Positions 10,627-19,267 are shown, counted from the stretch's first letter. The stretch: DNA of 64,000 nt from an uncultured Candidatus Saccharibacteria bacterium (GCA_964459225.1 CAYWKB010000001.1:180140-244139); one strand, 5' to 3'. Numbers and translations are program-made. The notes: a model not told the origin generated them from the sequence alone.

Positions 10627-10645
10627 AAACCGCCTTTTGGCGGTT
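10627..10645. terminator. Hairpin terminator downstream of rpsO.
   Basis: AACCGCC-tttt-GGCGGTT inverted repeat just after the rpsO stop on the minus strand. Confidence 0.5.
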
Positions 10646-10654
10646 ATAATCTTG

Positions 10655-10924
10655 TTATTTTGCCTTGATGTCTAACTTTTTTGCAATACTAGCATGTCTC
10701 TTTGGGAATTTCTTTTTTAGATAATTCATATGAGCTTGTCTGTCTGCAACCATAGCTAGAAGTCCTCTTCTTGAGTGATTATCCTTCTTATGCTTTTTCA
10801 AATGACCTGCTAATTCGTCTATTCTTTTAGTTAAAAGTGAAATCTGAACTTCTGGAGAACCAGTGTCCTTATCGTGTATTGCTACATTTTTTATGATATT
10901 TGTCTTCTGACGTGTTGTTAACAT
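10655..10924 (-). CDS. rpsO: 30S ribosomal protein S15.
   Basis: TGSPEVQISLLT...HKKDNHSRRGLLAMV matches the S15 signature. Length is 89 aa. Confidence 0.9.
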   Translation of the reverse strand: MLTTRQKTNIIKNVAIHDKDTGSPEVQISLLTKRIDELAGHLKKHKKDNHSRRGLLAMVADRQAHMNYLKKKFPKRHASIAKKLDIKAK

Positions 10925-10959
10925 GATTTGGATATACTAGCACATATACCATATTTCTG

Positions 10960-11400
10960 CAAGTTTGCCTGTTTGGTGTATAAAAAGAAATCCCCTAGCC
11001 ACGCTGGTGTGGCTAGAGGACTAAAACCTAAGGGACAAATCCTACCTACGTGAATGGCTTCATGCGAAGTCTCCTTTCCTTGGTTTTTGCTGGATTTTTG
11101 TTTTTTTAATAACTGCGCTCTCAAGTAACTACAAGAATGGCTTCATTCCGAAACCCTCCTTTCTTTTACCCAATGAAATTAATCATTGGGTTGCCGGGCG
11201 ACAGCCGTTTGCTAGCAAAAATAACTGACGAGGAAAGAAACAGTGATGTTTCCCGGTGGCGAATGACTTTGGCGAATACTCATGCTTCGAGTCTCCTGAT
11301 CCTGTTTTTTACAGGGTTTTTTGTAGATTGATTTTGTAGTACGGCGACGGACACATGTCGGTCGCGGTAGACATACCTCAAAGATCAACCTGCTAGTACC
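10960..11400 (-). ncRNA. Candidate structured ncRNA of unknown family, about 400 nt, in tmRNA/RNase P size range.
   Basis: A 570-bp non-coding, GC-enriched, hairpin-rich region in an AT-rich genome. It ends in the minus-strand terminator CTAGCCAC-accagc-GTGGCTAG followed by GGGATTTCTTTTT just upstream of rpsO. The two short ORFs in the track (10918-11124, 11137-11331) have no coding signature. I could not find an RNase P P4 motif or a tmRNA tag or T-arm. Confidence 0.3.
11341..11368. promoter_or_regulatory. dif-like 11-6-11 imperfect palindrome; candidate recombination site.
   Basis: ACGGCGACGGA-CACATG-TCGGTCGCGGT. The arms are 9/11 complementary around a 6-bp spacer. It sits about 125 nt upstream of the Xer-like recombinase gene. 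Confidence 0.35.
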
Positions 11401-11493
11401 CTATCATACTATAAGTTTTTGTCAAGTGTTTTCAAAATATGATAAATATCACCCATTCCCCACAAAACATGTTAAAATTAATGTCGTAAAACA

Positions 11494-12429
11494 ATGTCTC
11501 AATCATTAAAAGATTTAAAAACTGAATTTCTTCAATATACTGAAATAGAAAAAGGTAGAAGTCTCAATACTGTTCGTAACTATGATCAGTATTTGAGTCG
11601 TTTTCTTGATTACACTAAGCTTAAGGATCCAAAAGGTATTACCGACTCTGTCGTACGTGATTTTAGAATATGGCTCAATAGGCAAGAAGCAAAAAAAGAA
11701 AAAGGTATGTCACCTGCAACCCTTAAAAAAAGGACACAAAACTACTATTTGATAGCATTAAGGGCATTTCTAAAGTATTTAGCTAGACAAAACATAACTT
11801 CCCTATCACCTGATCGTATTGAGCTTGCAAAGGTACCCGAAAGATCACTCGATCTCATAACAATTGAGGAATTAGAACGTCTTTTAAAGGCACCAGATGT
11901 AAATGATATAAGAGGATTGAGGGATAAGGCCATGCTTGAACTGCTATTTTCAACTGGTTTGCGTGTTTCTGAGCTATGTTCCCTACCGAGAGATATCAAT
12001 TTAAAGCTTGATGAAATGTCGGTGCGAGGAAAAGGTGAAAAGGTTCGTGTGGTCTTTATTTCAGATGATGCAAGAAATGCAGTAACAAAATGGCTAGATA
12101 AAAGAGATGATATGGATGATGCCCTTTTTATTAACATTACAAATAAAAAGCAAAAACTATCAAAAAACAAGGAATCACTTCGTCTAACACCAAGATCAGT
12201 AGAGAGAATAATAAAACAATATGCAATAAAGTCAGGAATTTCAAAAAAAGTAACACCACACGTTATTCGTCATAGTTTCGCAACTGATTTACTTAGGAAT
12301 GGGGCTGATTTACGTTCAGTACAAATGCTTTTAGGGCATGCAAATATCAATACTACACAGATATATACGCATGTTACAGATACAGAATTAAAAAGAATAC
12401 ATAAGAAATTCCACAGGAAGAGCGAGTAA
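11494..12429 (+). CDS. Tyrosine site-specific recombinase of the XerC/XerD or phage-integrase family.
   Basis: C-terminal catalytic box HVIRHSFATDLLRNGADLRSVQMLLGHANINTTQIYTHV carries the R...HxxR...Y signature. Confidence 0.85.
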   Translation: MSQSLKDLKTEFLQYTEIEKGRSLNTVRNYDQYLSRFLDYTKLKDPKGITDSVVRDFRIWLNRQEAKKEKGMSPATLKKRTQNYYLIALRAFLKYLARQNITSLSPDRIELAKVPERSLDLITIEELERLLKAPDVNDIRGLRDKAMLELLFSTGLRVSELCSLPRDINLKLDEMSVRGKGEKVRVVFISDDARNAVTKWLDKRDDMDDALFINITNKKQKLSKNKESLRLTPRSVERIIKQYAIKSGISKKVTPHVIRHSFATDLLRNGADLRSVQMLLGHANINTTQIYTHVTDTELKRIHKKFHRKSE

Positions 12430-12435
12430 TTCATT

Positions 12436-12458
12436 TAAGGTCACAATTTGTGACCTTA
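12436..12458. promoter_or_regulatory. Perfect 23-bp palindrome TAAGGTCACAA-T-TTGTGACCTTA immediately after the recombinase stop.
   Basis: Eleven-bp perfect arms with no following T-run, so it looks more like a protein-binding site than a terminator. Confidence 0.4.
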
Positions 12459-12534
12459 GAAGATCAATTTAAAATATACTATCTGAATTACTTAATATAT
12501 TAGATAAAAATAGTCAAATAAAATTTCATAAAAA

Positions 12535-12568
12535 TTTTATTTAGATTTCATTTCAATTTGCTATGTTT
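12535..12568 (+). promoter_or_regulatory. Conserved upstream motif TTTTATTTAGATTTCATTTCAATTTGCTATGTTT, about 35 nt upstream of the ORF6N gene.
   Basis: Eighteen nt are identical and a further 12 nt near-identical to a block at 50420-50453. The core ATTTRGATTTCATTTCAAT also occurs reverse-complemented at 7962-7988. Confidence 0.45.
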
Positions 12569-12587
12569 AACATATTATTAATTTAAT

Positions 12588-13139
12588 ATGATAAATATGA
12601 ATATAGATAACGAATTAATTGAAATACCAAAGGAAAGAATAATAGACAGAATATTTTTTATAAGAGGCAAAAAAGTAATGTTCGATAAGGACTTGGCAGA
12701 ATTGTATGGAGTTGAGACGAGAGTAATAAATCAAGCCGTCAAAAGAAATATTGAAAGGTTTCCGGATGATTTTATGTTCACTCTTACATCTAAAGAAAGT
12801 GAGGTTTGGCAAGTACAGTATTCAAGATCACAATCTGTGATCTTGAAGAGAGGTGATAATGTAAAGTATTTCCCTAGGGTTTTTAGTGAACAAGGGGTGG
12901 CCATGCTTTCAAGTGTTTTGAAAAGTAAGACTGCTATACAGGTTAATATTCAAATCATCAGAACATTTACCAAATTAAGAGAAATTCTTTCAGAGAATAA
13001 AAAGCTATCTGAAAAACTTCTAAGTATGGAGAATAAATATGACAAGCAAATAGCTGAAATATTTAAAGCAATAAAATTATTGGTCACTGAAGAAGAAAAA
13101 CCTAAAAGTCCTATTGGGTTCAATAATAAAGATAATTAA
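12588..13139 (+). CDS. ORF6N/KilA-N-like DNA-binding domain protein (phage Bro/antirepressor-type N-terminal domain).
   Basis: IRGKKVMFDKDLAELYGVETRVINQAVKRNIERFPDDFMFTLT matches the ORF6N domain consensus. The C-terminus is a coiled coil. Confidence 0.7.
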   Translation: MINMNIDNELIEIPKERIIDRIFFIRGKKVMFDKDLAELYGVETRVINQAVKRNIERFPDDFMFTLTSKESEVWQVQYSRSQSVILKRGDNVKYFPRVFSEQGVAMLSSVLKSKTAIQVNIQIIRTFTKLREILSENKKLSEKLLSMENKYDKQIAEIFKAIKLLVTEEEKPKSPIGFNNKDN

Positions 13140-13211
13140 ATAAAAATTTAACTCCATACACTACTGTATAGAGTTGGAGTTTGACGCTATTCTCCAGAGC
13201 GTTTGGCAGAC

Positions 13212-13778
13212 TTACTGCCGTTTTTCCCTGCGAGGCTTCACGAAGACTTTATTCATAAGGAACCAGTCTGCCATAAAGCAAGGGGCATGCCGCATACCAT
13301 CATCACTTGTCGTGACACCCATTCCTGCCACTCCTTCGCTACCATTCTCGTATGTGCAGGGTATAGGTGCACTACCGATGAGAATATACTCATCTCCGAG
13401 GTATTGCAGACGAAGTTGAGGTCCAACTTCTGCAGGACAAACGGCTAGTCCATGTGCCAAAGCTAACCGAATAATCTCCGTGCGAAGCTCAAGACCATGT
13501 AGGTGTTGAGTATTGCAATCGTAGCCAAGATCCTTGTTTGAGACCCTAACCAGATCAACTTCTATCAACTCATCTGAGACCCTAAATGAAGGGTGTCGTA
13601 GGAAGTTGGCGATGTTGCCGAAGAATATGCCTGCTTCATCAAAAGCCCGTTGGAAATCTTCTATTGTCTTGAGACCTGTACCAAGCTTGATGGTTCTCCA
13701 TACCGTTGTGATGTTTACTGTATTCATTTGGATTCCTCTCGTTTGGTGGATTGTGTTGGTTTGTGCGGTCATAGCCAA
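13212..13778 (-). CDS. Hypothetical protein in a GC-atypical (higher-GC) segment.
   Basis: 188-aa ORF whose codon usage is clearly more GC-rich than neighbouring genes. No recognisable motif. Confidence 0.4.
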   Translation of the reverse strand: MAMTAQTNTIHQTRGIQMNTVNITTVWRTIKLGTGLKTIEDFQRAFDEAGIFFGNIANFLRHPSFRVSDELIEVDLVRVSNKDLGYDCNTQHLHGLELRTEIIRLALAHGLAVCPAEVGPQLRLQYLGDEYILIGSAPIPCTYENGSEGVAGMGVTTSDDGMRHAPCFMADWFLMNKVFVKPRREKRQ

Positions 13779-14002
13779 GAAGTTTCGATTTTCGAGGCTT
13801 TTTGGTTATGACCAAATTCGCAAGTAGGTTATCAATATACCACTTAACTTCTGCTATAAATATAGCATATTAGATACGTGTTGTCAATATATATCCACTA
13901 ATCAATCACCAAAATACCCATATTTAACATTGTGATTATACATATCAACATATTATTGTGGAAAGCTATTGACACAAAGATGCTTCCTGATATACTTCCC
14001 TT

Positions 14003-14788
14003 ATGGATAACAAATATTCACAGATCAAAATCAATCTCCAATCCTTCGGCTTTAGTGAAAAGGAAACCGATGTATATATTGCTCTCTTGGAGCTTGGTAA
14101 GGGTTCGGTTACGAAAATTTCCCAGAAAGCAGGAATAAATAGGACAACAGGCTATGATATTCTCGGATCACTTGTCAATAAACGGCTTGTAAGCGTATCC
14201 GGAAAAGAGCCGAAGCAGGAATATGCCGCAGAACCACCGACAGCCATTACTAAGTATTTGAAAAGGCAAATATCAGAAACAGAGGGATTTATAAAGAAAG
14301 CAGATGAGATAGTGCCTGAGCTTACTCTGCTTCATTCATTGAAGAATCGTCCCAAGATCCGTTTCTATGAGGGAATGGAGGGGCTGAAATATGTCTATGA
14401 AGATACATTGACGAGTTCTGAAGCAATACGCGCTTATGCGACGGTAGATGATATGCATAATGCCCTGCCGAATTATTTCCCAGAATATTACAAGCGTCGA
14501 GCACAGAAAAATATATCAATCAGAGCCATTGTTCCGGAAACTCCTACTGCCCGCGAGCGAAAAGCACATGATACAGAGGAAAAAAGAGAAATCGCCTTTA
14601 TTCCAAGCGATAAATACTATTTTTCCCCTGAAATAAATATTTATGACAATAAAGTAATGATAGCTTCATGGAAAGAAAAGTTAGGTATAGTCATAGAAAG
14701 CGAAGAAATCGCCGATGCGATGAAGAAAATATATGAATTGGCTTGGGCAGAGTCAAAGAGATTGAGTGATAAGACCATAGATAATTAA
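14003..14788 (+). CDS. TrmB-family winged-helix transcriptional regulator.
   Basis: N-terminal FGFSEKETDVYIALLELGKGSVTKISQKAGINRTTGYDILGSL matches the TrmB HTH. Length is 261 aa. Confidence 0.7.
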   Translation: MDNKYSQIKINLQSFGFSEKETDVYIALLELGKGSVTKISQKAGINRTTGYDILGSLVNKRLVSVSGKEPKQEYAAEPPTAITKYLKRQISETEGFIKKADEIVPELTLLHSLKNRPKIRFYEGMEGLKYVYEDTLTSSEAIRAYATVDDMHNALPNYFPEYYKRRAQKNISIRAIVPETPTARERKAHDTEEKREIAFIPSDKYYFSPEINIYDNKVMIASWKEKLGIVIESEEIADAMKKIYELAWAESKRLSDKTIDN

Positions 14789-14823
14789 ATAATTTCACCC
14801 TCCCTACCCTTTTCTGATATACT

Positions 14824-15615
14824 TTGCTCATGCGAATAATCTGCTGGAATGTTAATGGCTTGCGTGCAAATGTTAAAAAGGGCTCATTTGATTGGTTTTT
14901 ACAGGAAAGCCCAGACTTTTTTTGTATACAAGAAACAAAAGCACACCCCGATCAATTAGAAGAAGGAATAAGAAATCCACTAGGATACTACTCATATTTT
15001 GATCATTCTAAAGAGAAAAAGGGATATAGTGGTGTTGCAATCTATACAAAGCATAAGCCAGATAAGGTGGATTATGGTGTTGGAACACATGTTTTAGATC
15101 AGGAAGGCAGGTTTTTAGGGCTTTTTTACAATGACACTTCCCTATTAGGATGCAAATTCCTTTTAATTACCTGCTATTTTCCAAATGGTGGCGGTGGACC
15201 AGAAAGACTTGATTTTAAAATGAAATACTATGAGGAGTTTTTGAAATATATAAATAAACAAAGGGAAAATGGCTATGAAATAGTATTTTGCGGTGATGTA
15301 AATACTGCACATAAGGAAATTGATCTAGCAAGACCAAAAGAAAATGAAAAAAATACTGGTTTCCTACCAATGGAAAGAGAGTGGATAGATAAAGTAATTG
15401 AAAACAAATACACAGATGTTTTCCGTGAAATAAATGGGGATAAAAAAGATGCATATACATGGTGGGATATGAAAACTTTTGCAAGACAAAGGAATGTTGG
15501 TTGGAGAATTGATTATTTTTTTGTTAGTGAAGGACTTATTCAAAAGGTCAAAAAAGCCAATATTTTAAGCCATGTTTTAGGATCAGATCATTGTCCTATT
15601 GAATTAATTTTCTAA
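14824..15615 (+). CDS. xth: Exodeoxyribonuclease III / AP endonuclease.
   Basis: WNVNGLRA start, the C-terminal SDHCP motif, and the EEP-fold order. Confidence 0.9.
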   Translation: MLMRIICWNVNGLRANVKKGSFDWFLQESPDFFCIQETKAHPDQLEEGIRNPLGYYSYFDHSKEKKGYSGVAIYTKHKPDKVDYGVGTHVLDQEGRFLGLFYNDTSLLGCKFLLITCYFPNGGGGPERLDFKMKYYEEFLKYINKQRENGYEIVFCGDVNTAHKEIDLARPKENEKNTGFLPMEREWIDKVIENKYTDVFREINGDKKDAYTWWDMKTFARQRNVGWRIDYFFVSEGLIQKVKKANILSHVLGSDHCPIELIF

Positions 15616-15646
15616 AATAAAAATTGTCTTTTATAAAGGACATGAC

Positions 15647-15712
15647 TTATCCCACAAGGGGATTTCTATTTTTCTAACTCGCTTTGCTCATAAGAAAAAT
15701 AAGTTATCCACA
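15647..15712. promoter_or_regulatory. DnaA-box-like sequences inside a 700-bp gene-free AT-rich region.
   Basis: TTATCCCACA at 15647-15656, a perfect TTATCCACA at 15704-15712, and a one-mismatch TGTGGGTAA near 15828. Confidence 0.3.
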
Positions 15713-16318
15713 GATTTCACTTGTAATGTCCTTTACATGTCTTTTATGTTTGATATACTAATACCAGATCAGCGGAATTGTTAACCGAGGATCAATTCAA
15801 GCATTAGTTCTTTTATAAAATAGTGTGTGGGTAATAAAGCTCTTTTTGGAAATTCGTTCAATTAGAGAGATTACAACCCTTTGTCAGCTTTTGCTGAGTC
15901 ACTGCATGACTTTACATTTTTTATAGCTTCGCATGAAGCACTTATTGTTTTTTAGTACATGCAAAACTCCCACTTGGTGATATTGTTGGTCAGTTATCGT
16001 TGGGTTGAGCTGTGGCTCATATAACCCCTCTGTCTTTAAGAATTTCCTTGTTCTCTAGTTTTCGTTCATGTGTGTGTTTCTCAAACAGCCGTATATTATT
16101 TGTTCAGCTTCATCTGTTTCTAACCTTGATGACGCCGTGCATATCATTACGGCTGTTTTCTATTGTGTATTTCTATATTTTAGACCATTAAAGTCATTTT
16201 ATGTTACATATGTAACATATTTTATACAGTAAAAAAGTGCTATTTATCGATCAAGGTCAATAATACCTATATTTTGTAATATTATTTTGTTTCACGTGAA
16301 ATTAAAAGGCTATGTTAA

Positions 16319-17833
16319 TCATGAAACATGATACTTTTTCCTTATCTCTCCAATACTCTCATTTTCAAGTATTTCCTTCTTATTTTTACCTTTTTCACCT
16401 AATTTCTTTAATTCCTCGTCACTTATAGCAACTAACTCTTTAGATCTGCTATTTAGATATTCCTCAGTGTTTAATTTGGGGTTTTCCAATACTTCTTCAA
16501 GTAAAGCATTAAGAATATAGCCGATTTTAGGTCCTGGCGTTACATGTGTAACATCCATAATGCCTTTTCCGTCTATTTTAAGCATGCCAACAGAAATAGG
16601 GTCATGCATAGCTTCTTCAACCATACTTTGATACTTTCTTAATCTATACGGACTTTCTTTTGGTCTACCAGTTCCAATACGATCACATATACGCACATTC
16701 ATTAAGTCCCAAATATTTTCTTTACCAACATTAGCAATCATTCTTCTAACAGCAGAAAGGGTAATTGTCTCAGTATCCGAGAAAAACATATGCCAGCGTA
16801 TCATTTTTGTTACTTTATCTATTGTCTTTTGTGGAAATTTAAGCCTTTCTAGTATCTTTTTGGTTACACGTGAACCAACAACCTCATGTCCATAAAAGGT
16901 TATTGTATTTGTTTCATGTGAAAATCTCTTAGTCTCAGGTTTTGATATATCATGGAAAAGGGCAGACAATCTTATATCAATAGGCCACTTTTTGTCTGCA
17001 GAATGTTGAAGAGTTCTAAGTAAATGCTCCCAAACATCATATGCATGTGCTTGATTTTGCTTTACTCCAATAGCAGATATCAATTCAGGTGCTATATACT
17101 GTAGTAAACCCAATTCCTGAAGTAATTCTATACCGTATTTAGGTCTATCAGACATCAATATTTTAACAAATTCATCTCTAATCCTCTCTACTGAAATGTT
17201 TTTAAGTAGGGAATTGTGGCTAAGTATAGCCTTTTTTGTTTCATCCTCAATATTAAAAGACAATTCCGTTGAAAGTCTAACTGCACGTAACATTCTCAAG
17301 GCATCTTCACTAAAACGGTCATTTGGATTACCGACTGCCCTCAAAGTATTGTCCTTAATGTCTTTAAGACCATTAAAAAGGTCAACTATGTCTTTGATTG
17401 CTCCATTAGACAAACTCACTGCAATCGCATTAATTGTGAAATCTCGTCTTTTTAAATCATCATCAATACTTTTACTAAATTTAACATGATCGGGGTGTCT
17501 ATGGTCAGTATAAGAGCTTTCAAGACGATATGGAGTGACTTCCACAATCTTTAATTTTTCATTTTCAGTTTTTTCATTTACAACCCCTACGGTTCCATAA
17601 GAATTTTCATAAAAAGTTTTTTCAAAAAGAGGAATAATCTCTTCCGGAGTTGCATTTGTGGTTATATCCCAATCTTTAGGTTCTTTGCCAAGTAATATAT
17701 CTCTAGTACAACCACCAACAAGAAAAGCCTCAAAACCTGCTTTTTCAAGTTTTGTAACTATTTCAGCTATTTCAACTGGTATGGTCTGATTTTTCATTAA
17801 ATATATACTAGCATTTATTATGCTTTTTTTCAT
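16319..17833 (-). CDS. cca: CCA-adding tRNA nucleotidyltransferase of the poly(A)-polymerase family with an HD domain.
   Basis: GGCTRDILLGKEPKDWDITT nucleotidyltransferase head plus an HD domain. Length is 504 aa. Confidence 0.85.
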   Translation of the reverse strand: MKKSIINASIYLMKNQTIPVEIAEIVTKLEKAGFEAFLVGGCTRDILLGKEPKDWDITTNATPEEIIPLFEKTFYENSYGTVGVVNEKTENEKLKIVEVTPYRLESSYTDHRHPDHVKFSKSIDDDLKRRDFTINAIAVSLSNGAIKDIVDLFNGLKDIKDNTLRAVGNPNDRFSEDALRMLRAVRLSTELSFNIEDETKKAILSHNSLLKNISVERIRDEFVKILMSDRPKYGIELLQELGLLQYIAPELISAIGVKQNQAHAYDVWEHLLRTLQHSADKKWPIDIRLSALFHDISKPETKRFSHETNTITFYGHEVVGSRVTKKILERLKFPQKTIDKVTKMIRWHMFFSDTETITLSAVRRMIANVGKENIWDLMNVRICDRIGTGRPKESPYRLRKYQSMVEEAMHDPISVGMLKIDGKGIMDVTHVTPGPKIGYILNALLEEVLENPKLNTEEYLNSRSKELVAISDEELKKLGEKGKNKKEILENESIGEIRKKYHVS

Positions 17834-17851
17834 TATTAAATATATGGTACT

Positions 17852-18415
17852 ATGTTATATAACATGAAATATAGTGTACAAATACTAAAGAAAGCAAGGG
17901 AAATGAGGCTTAATGGATATTCACTAAATGAGATTAGAAGGGAATACAATATTCCGATAAGTACTTTGTCGGCTTTGTTTAAAGATATTAAACTTAGTAA
18001 TAAACAAATTAGTGAATTGAAAACAAGGGTAAATTATAGGATTCAAAAAGGAAGAATGAATTCACTTATTAATATAAAGTCAAAAAAAGTCTTTATAGAA
18101 AGGGAAATATATAATAAAGCTGAATTAGAATTTAAAAAACTATCAAAAAACACCTTTTTTATTATGGGAATTACTATGTACTGGCTCAAGGGGTCAAAAA
18201 GTATGAATTGTTTCCAATTTTCATCAAATAATGAGCAAATGATCAATACTATGATTAAGTGGATTAAAACATTTGTTATAGATGAATCACAAAGAGATTT
18301 AATTAAGGTTAGAAAGTATAATAATAACTATAGAATTGATATAAGGGGTATTAATATCTTAAGAAGGGTAATAGCTTGGCAAAAGTTATTAATAAAGTAT
18401 TATGATAATGTTTGA
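17852..18415 (+). CDS. Hypothetical protein with an N-terminal HTH-like segment.
   Basis: 187-aa ORF. The N-terminus (LNGYSLNEIRREYNIPISTLSALF) resembles a resolvase or sigma-region-4-like HTH. Confidence 0.4.
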   Translation: MLYNMKYSVQILKKAREMRLNGYSLNEIRREYNIPISTLSALFKDIKLSNKQISELKTRVNYRIQKGRMNSLINIKSKKVFIEREIYNKAELEFKKLSKNTFFIMGITMYWLKGSKSMNCFQFSSNNEQMINTMIKWIKTFVIDESQRDLIKVRKYNNNYRIDIRGINILRRVIAWQKLLIKYYDNV

Positions 18416-18433
18416 ATTTATTAGATAAAATAT

Positions 18434-18505
18434 GCACCCGTAGTGAAATGGATATCATTTTACGCTTCGGACGTAACGTTGGGGGTTCGAATCCCTCCGG
18501 GTGCA
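18434..18505 (+). tRNA. tRNA-Arg(TCG), no encoded CCA.
   Basis: Acceptor stem GCACCCG/CGGGTGC, anticodon loop CTTCGGA, T-loop GGTTCGAATCC. The 3' flank is caa. Confidence 0.85.
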
Positions 18506-18564
18506 CAATAAAATACAGTAGGGTATAGTAAAAAATAATATTTAGTATATAATATCGAAATAAT

Positions 18565-18635
18565 GCGGGTATCGTTTAGTGGTAGGACACGTCCTTGCCA
18601 AGGATGAGGTAGGAGTTCGATTCTCCTTACCCGCA
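18565..18635 (+). tRNA. tRNA-Gly(GCC), no encoded CCA.
   Basis: Acceptor stem GCGGGTA/TACCCGC, anticodon loop TTGCCAA, T-loop AGTTCGATTCT. Confidence 0.85.
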
Positions 18636-18723
18636 CAAAATTATCGGTCAGCTATAGATCAGTCTTATACATTGTTAAAACTGTGGATAACTTTGGGGAT
18701 TATGTTTATAAGACAGACAAAAA

Positions 18724-19134
18724 ATGGCTTATAATCGTGTCTTATGTCTTTTTATTATCAACATAATAATCAACAATATAAAAATGAATAATCGTGAAAA
18801 GGGTAATGTTGGAGAGGAAAAAGCCTGTGATTTTATAGCTAATTTGGGTTATAAGATAATAGAAAGAAATCATTTAAGGAAATGGGGAGAAATAGACATA
18901 ATAGCCCTTAAGGACGATGAATTGAATTTCTTTGAGGTCAAAAGTTCAAGTAATAAAACAGACAATGGATATAGGCCAGAAGAAAATGTCCATAATTTAA
19001 AAGTAAAAAGATTAAAAAGGGTAATTGGAACGTATTTAAATGAAAAATTCTCAAAAAATGATATACCTTTTAAATTTCATATTATAGTTGTAAATGGTGA
19101 TGATATAAGTATTATTGATAATGTAATTCTTTAG
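18724..19134 (+). CDS. YraN/UPF0102-family endonuclease-like protein.
   Basis: GNVGEEKACDFIANLGY...WGEIDIIALKDDELNFFEVK follows the YraN pattern (G.E..A.....G......GEID.I....FVEV). The likely true start is the MNNREKG Met at about 18784. Confidence 0.7.
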   Translation: MAYNRVLCLFIINIIINNIKMNNREKGNVGEEKACDFIANLGYKIIERNHLRKWGEIDIIALKDDELNFFEVKSSSNKTDNGYRPEENVHNLKVKRLKRVIGTYLNEKFSKNDIPFKFHIIVVNGDDISIIDNVIL

Positions 19135-19189
19135 TTTTTCTTATGTATATGTTAGTATAAATATCGTTATTGAGTTTGGATATTGAAAT

Positions 19190-19262
19190 CGGAGCGTGGT
19201 GTAACGGCTAACATTCCTCTTTTGGGAAGAGGCGACTCCGGGTTCGAATCCCGGCGCTCCGA
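19190..19262 (+). tRNA. tRNA-Pro(TGG), no encoded CCA.
   Basis: Acceptor stem CGGAGCG/CGCTCCG, anticodon stem CCTCT/AGAGG, anticodon loop TTTGGGA, T-loop GGTTCGAATCC. Confidence 0.85.
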
Positions 19263-19267
19263 CATTT

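Noticed and set aside
10918-11331. Two short ORFs (68 and 64 aa) in the rpsO-upstream gap
   Set aside because: They overlap a hairpin-rich GC-atypical region with terminator structures. Their peptides are low-complexity with no coding signature, so this is more likely structured RNA.
10930-11400. Explicit assignment as RNase P RNA or tmRNA
   Set aside because: I could not find the P4 GGAAAGUCCGG/ACAGAAnCCGGCUUA elements. I also found no tmRNA-like T-arm (GGTTCRA), acceptor end, or tag ORF ending in hydrophobic residues. I have left it as unassigned ncRNA.
13151-13182. Hairpin AACTCCA-N17-TGGAGTT after the ORF6N gene as a terminator
   Set aside because: The stem is only 7 bp with a 17-nt loop and has no following T-run. 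It is more likely incidental.
15655-15670. Inverted match GGGGATTTCT(A/T)TTTT between 15655 and the minus strand at about 11000, as a possible att repeat pair
   Set aside because: There are only about 11-14 matching nt. The match is inverted rather than direct, and it overlaps a terminator T-run, so it is consistent with chance.
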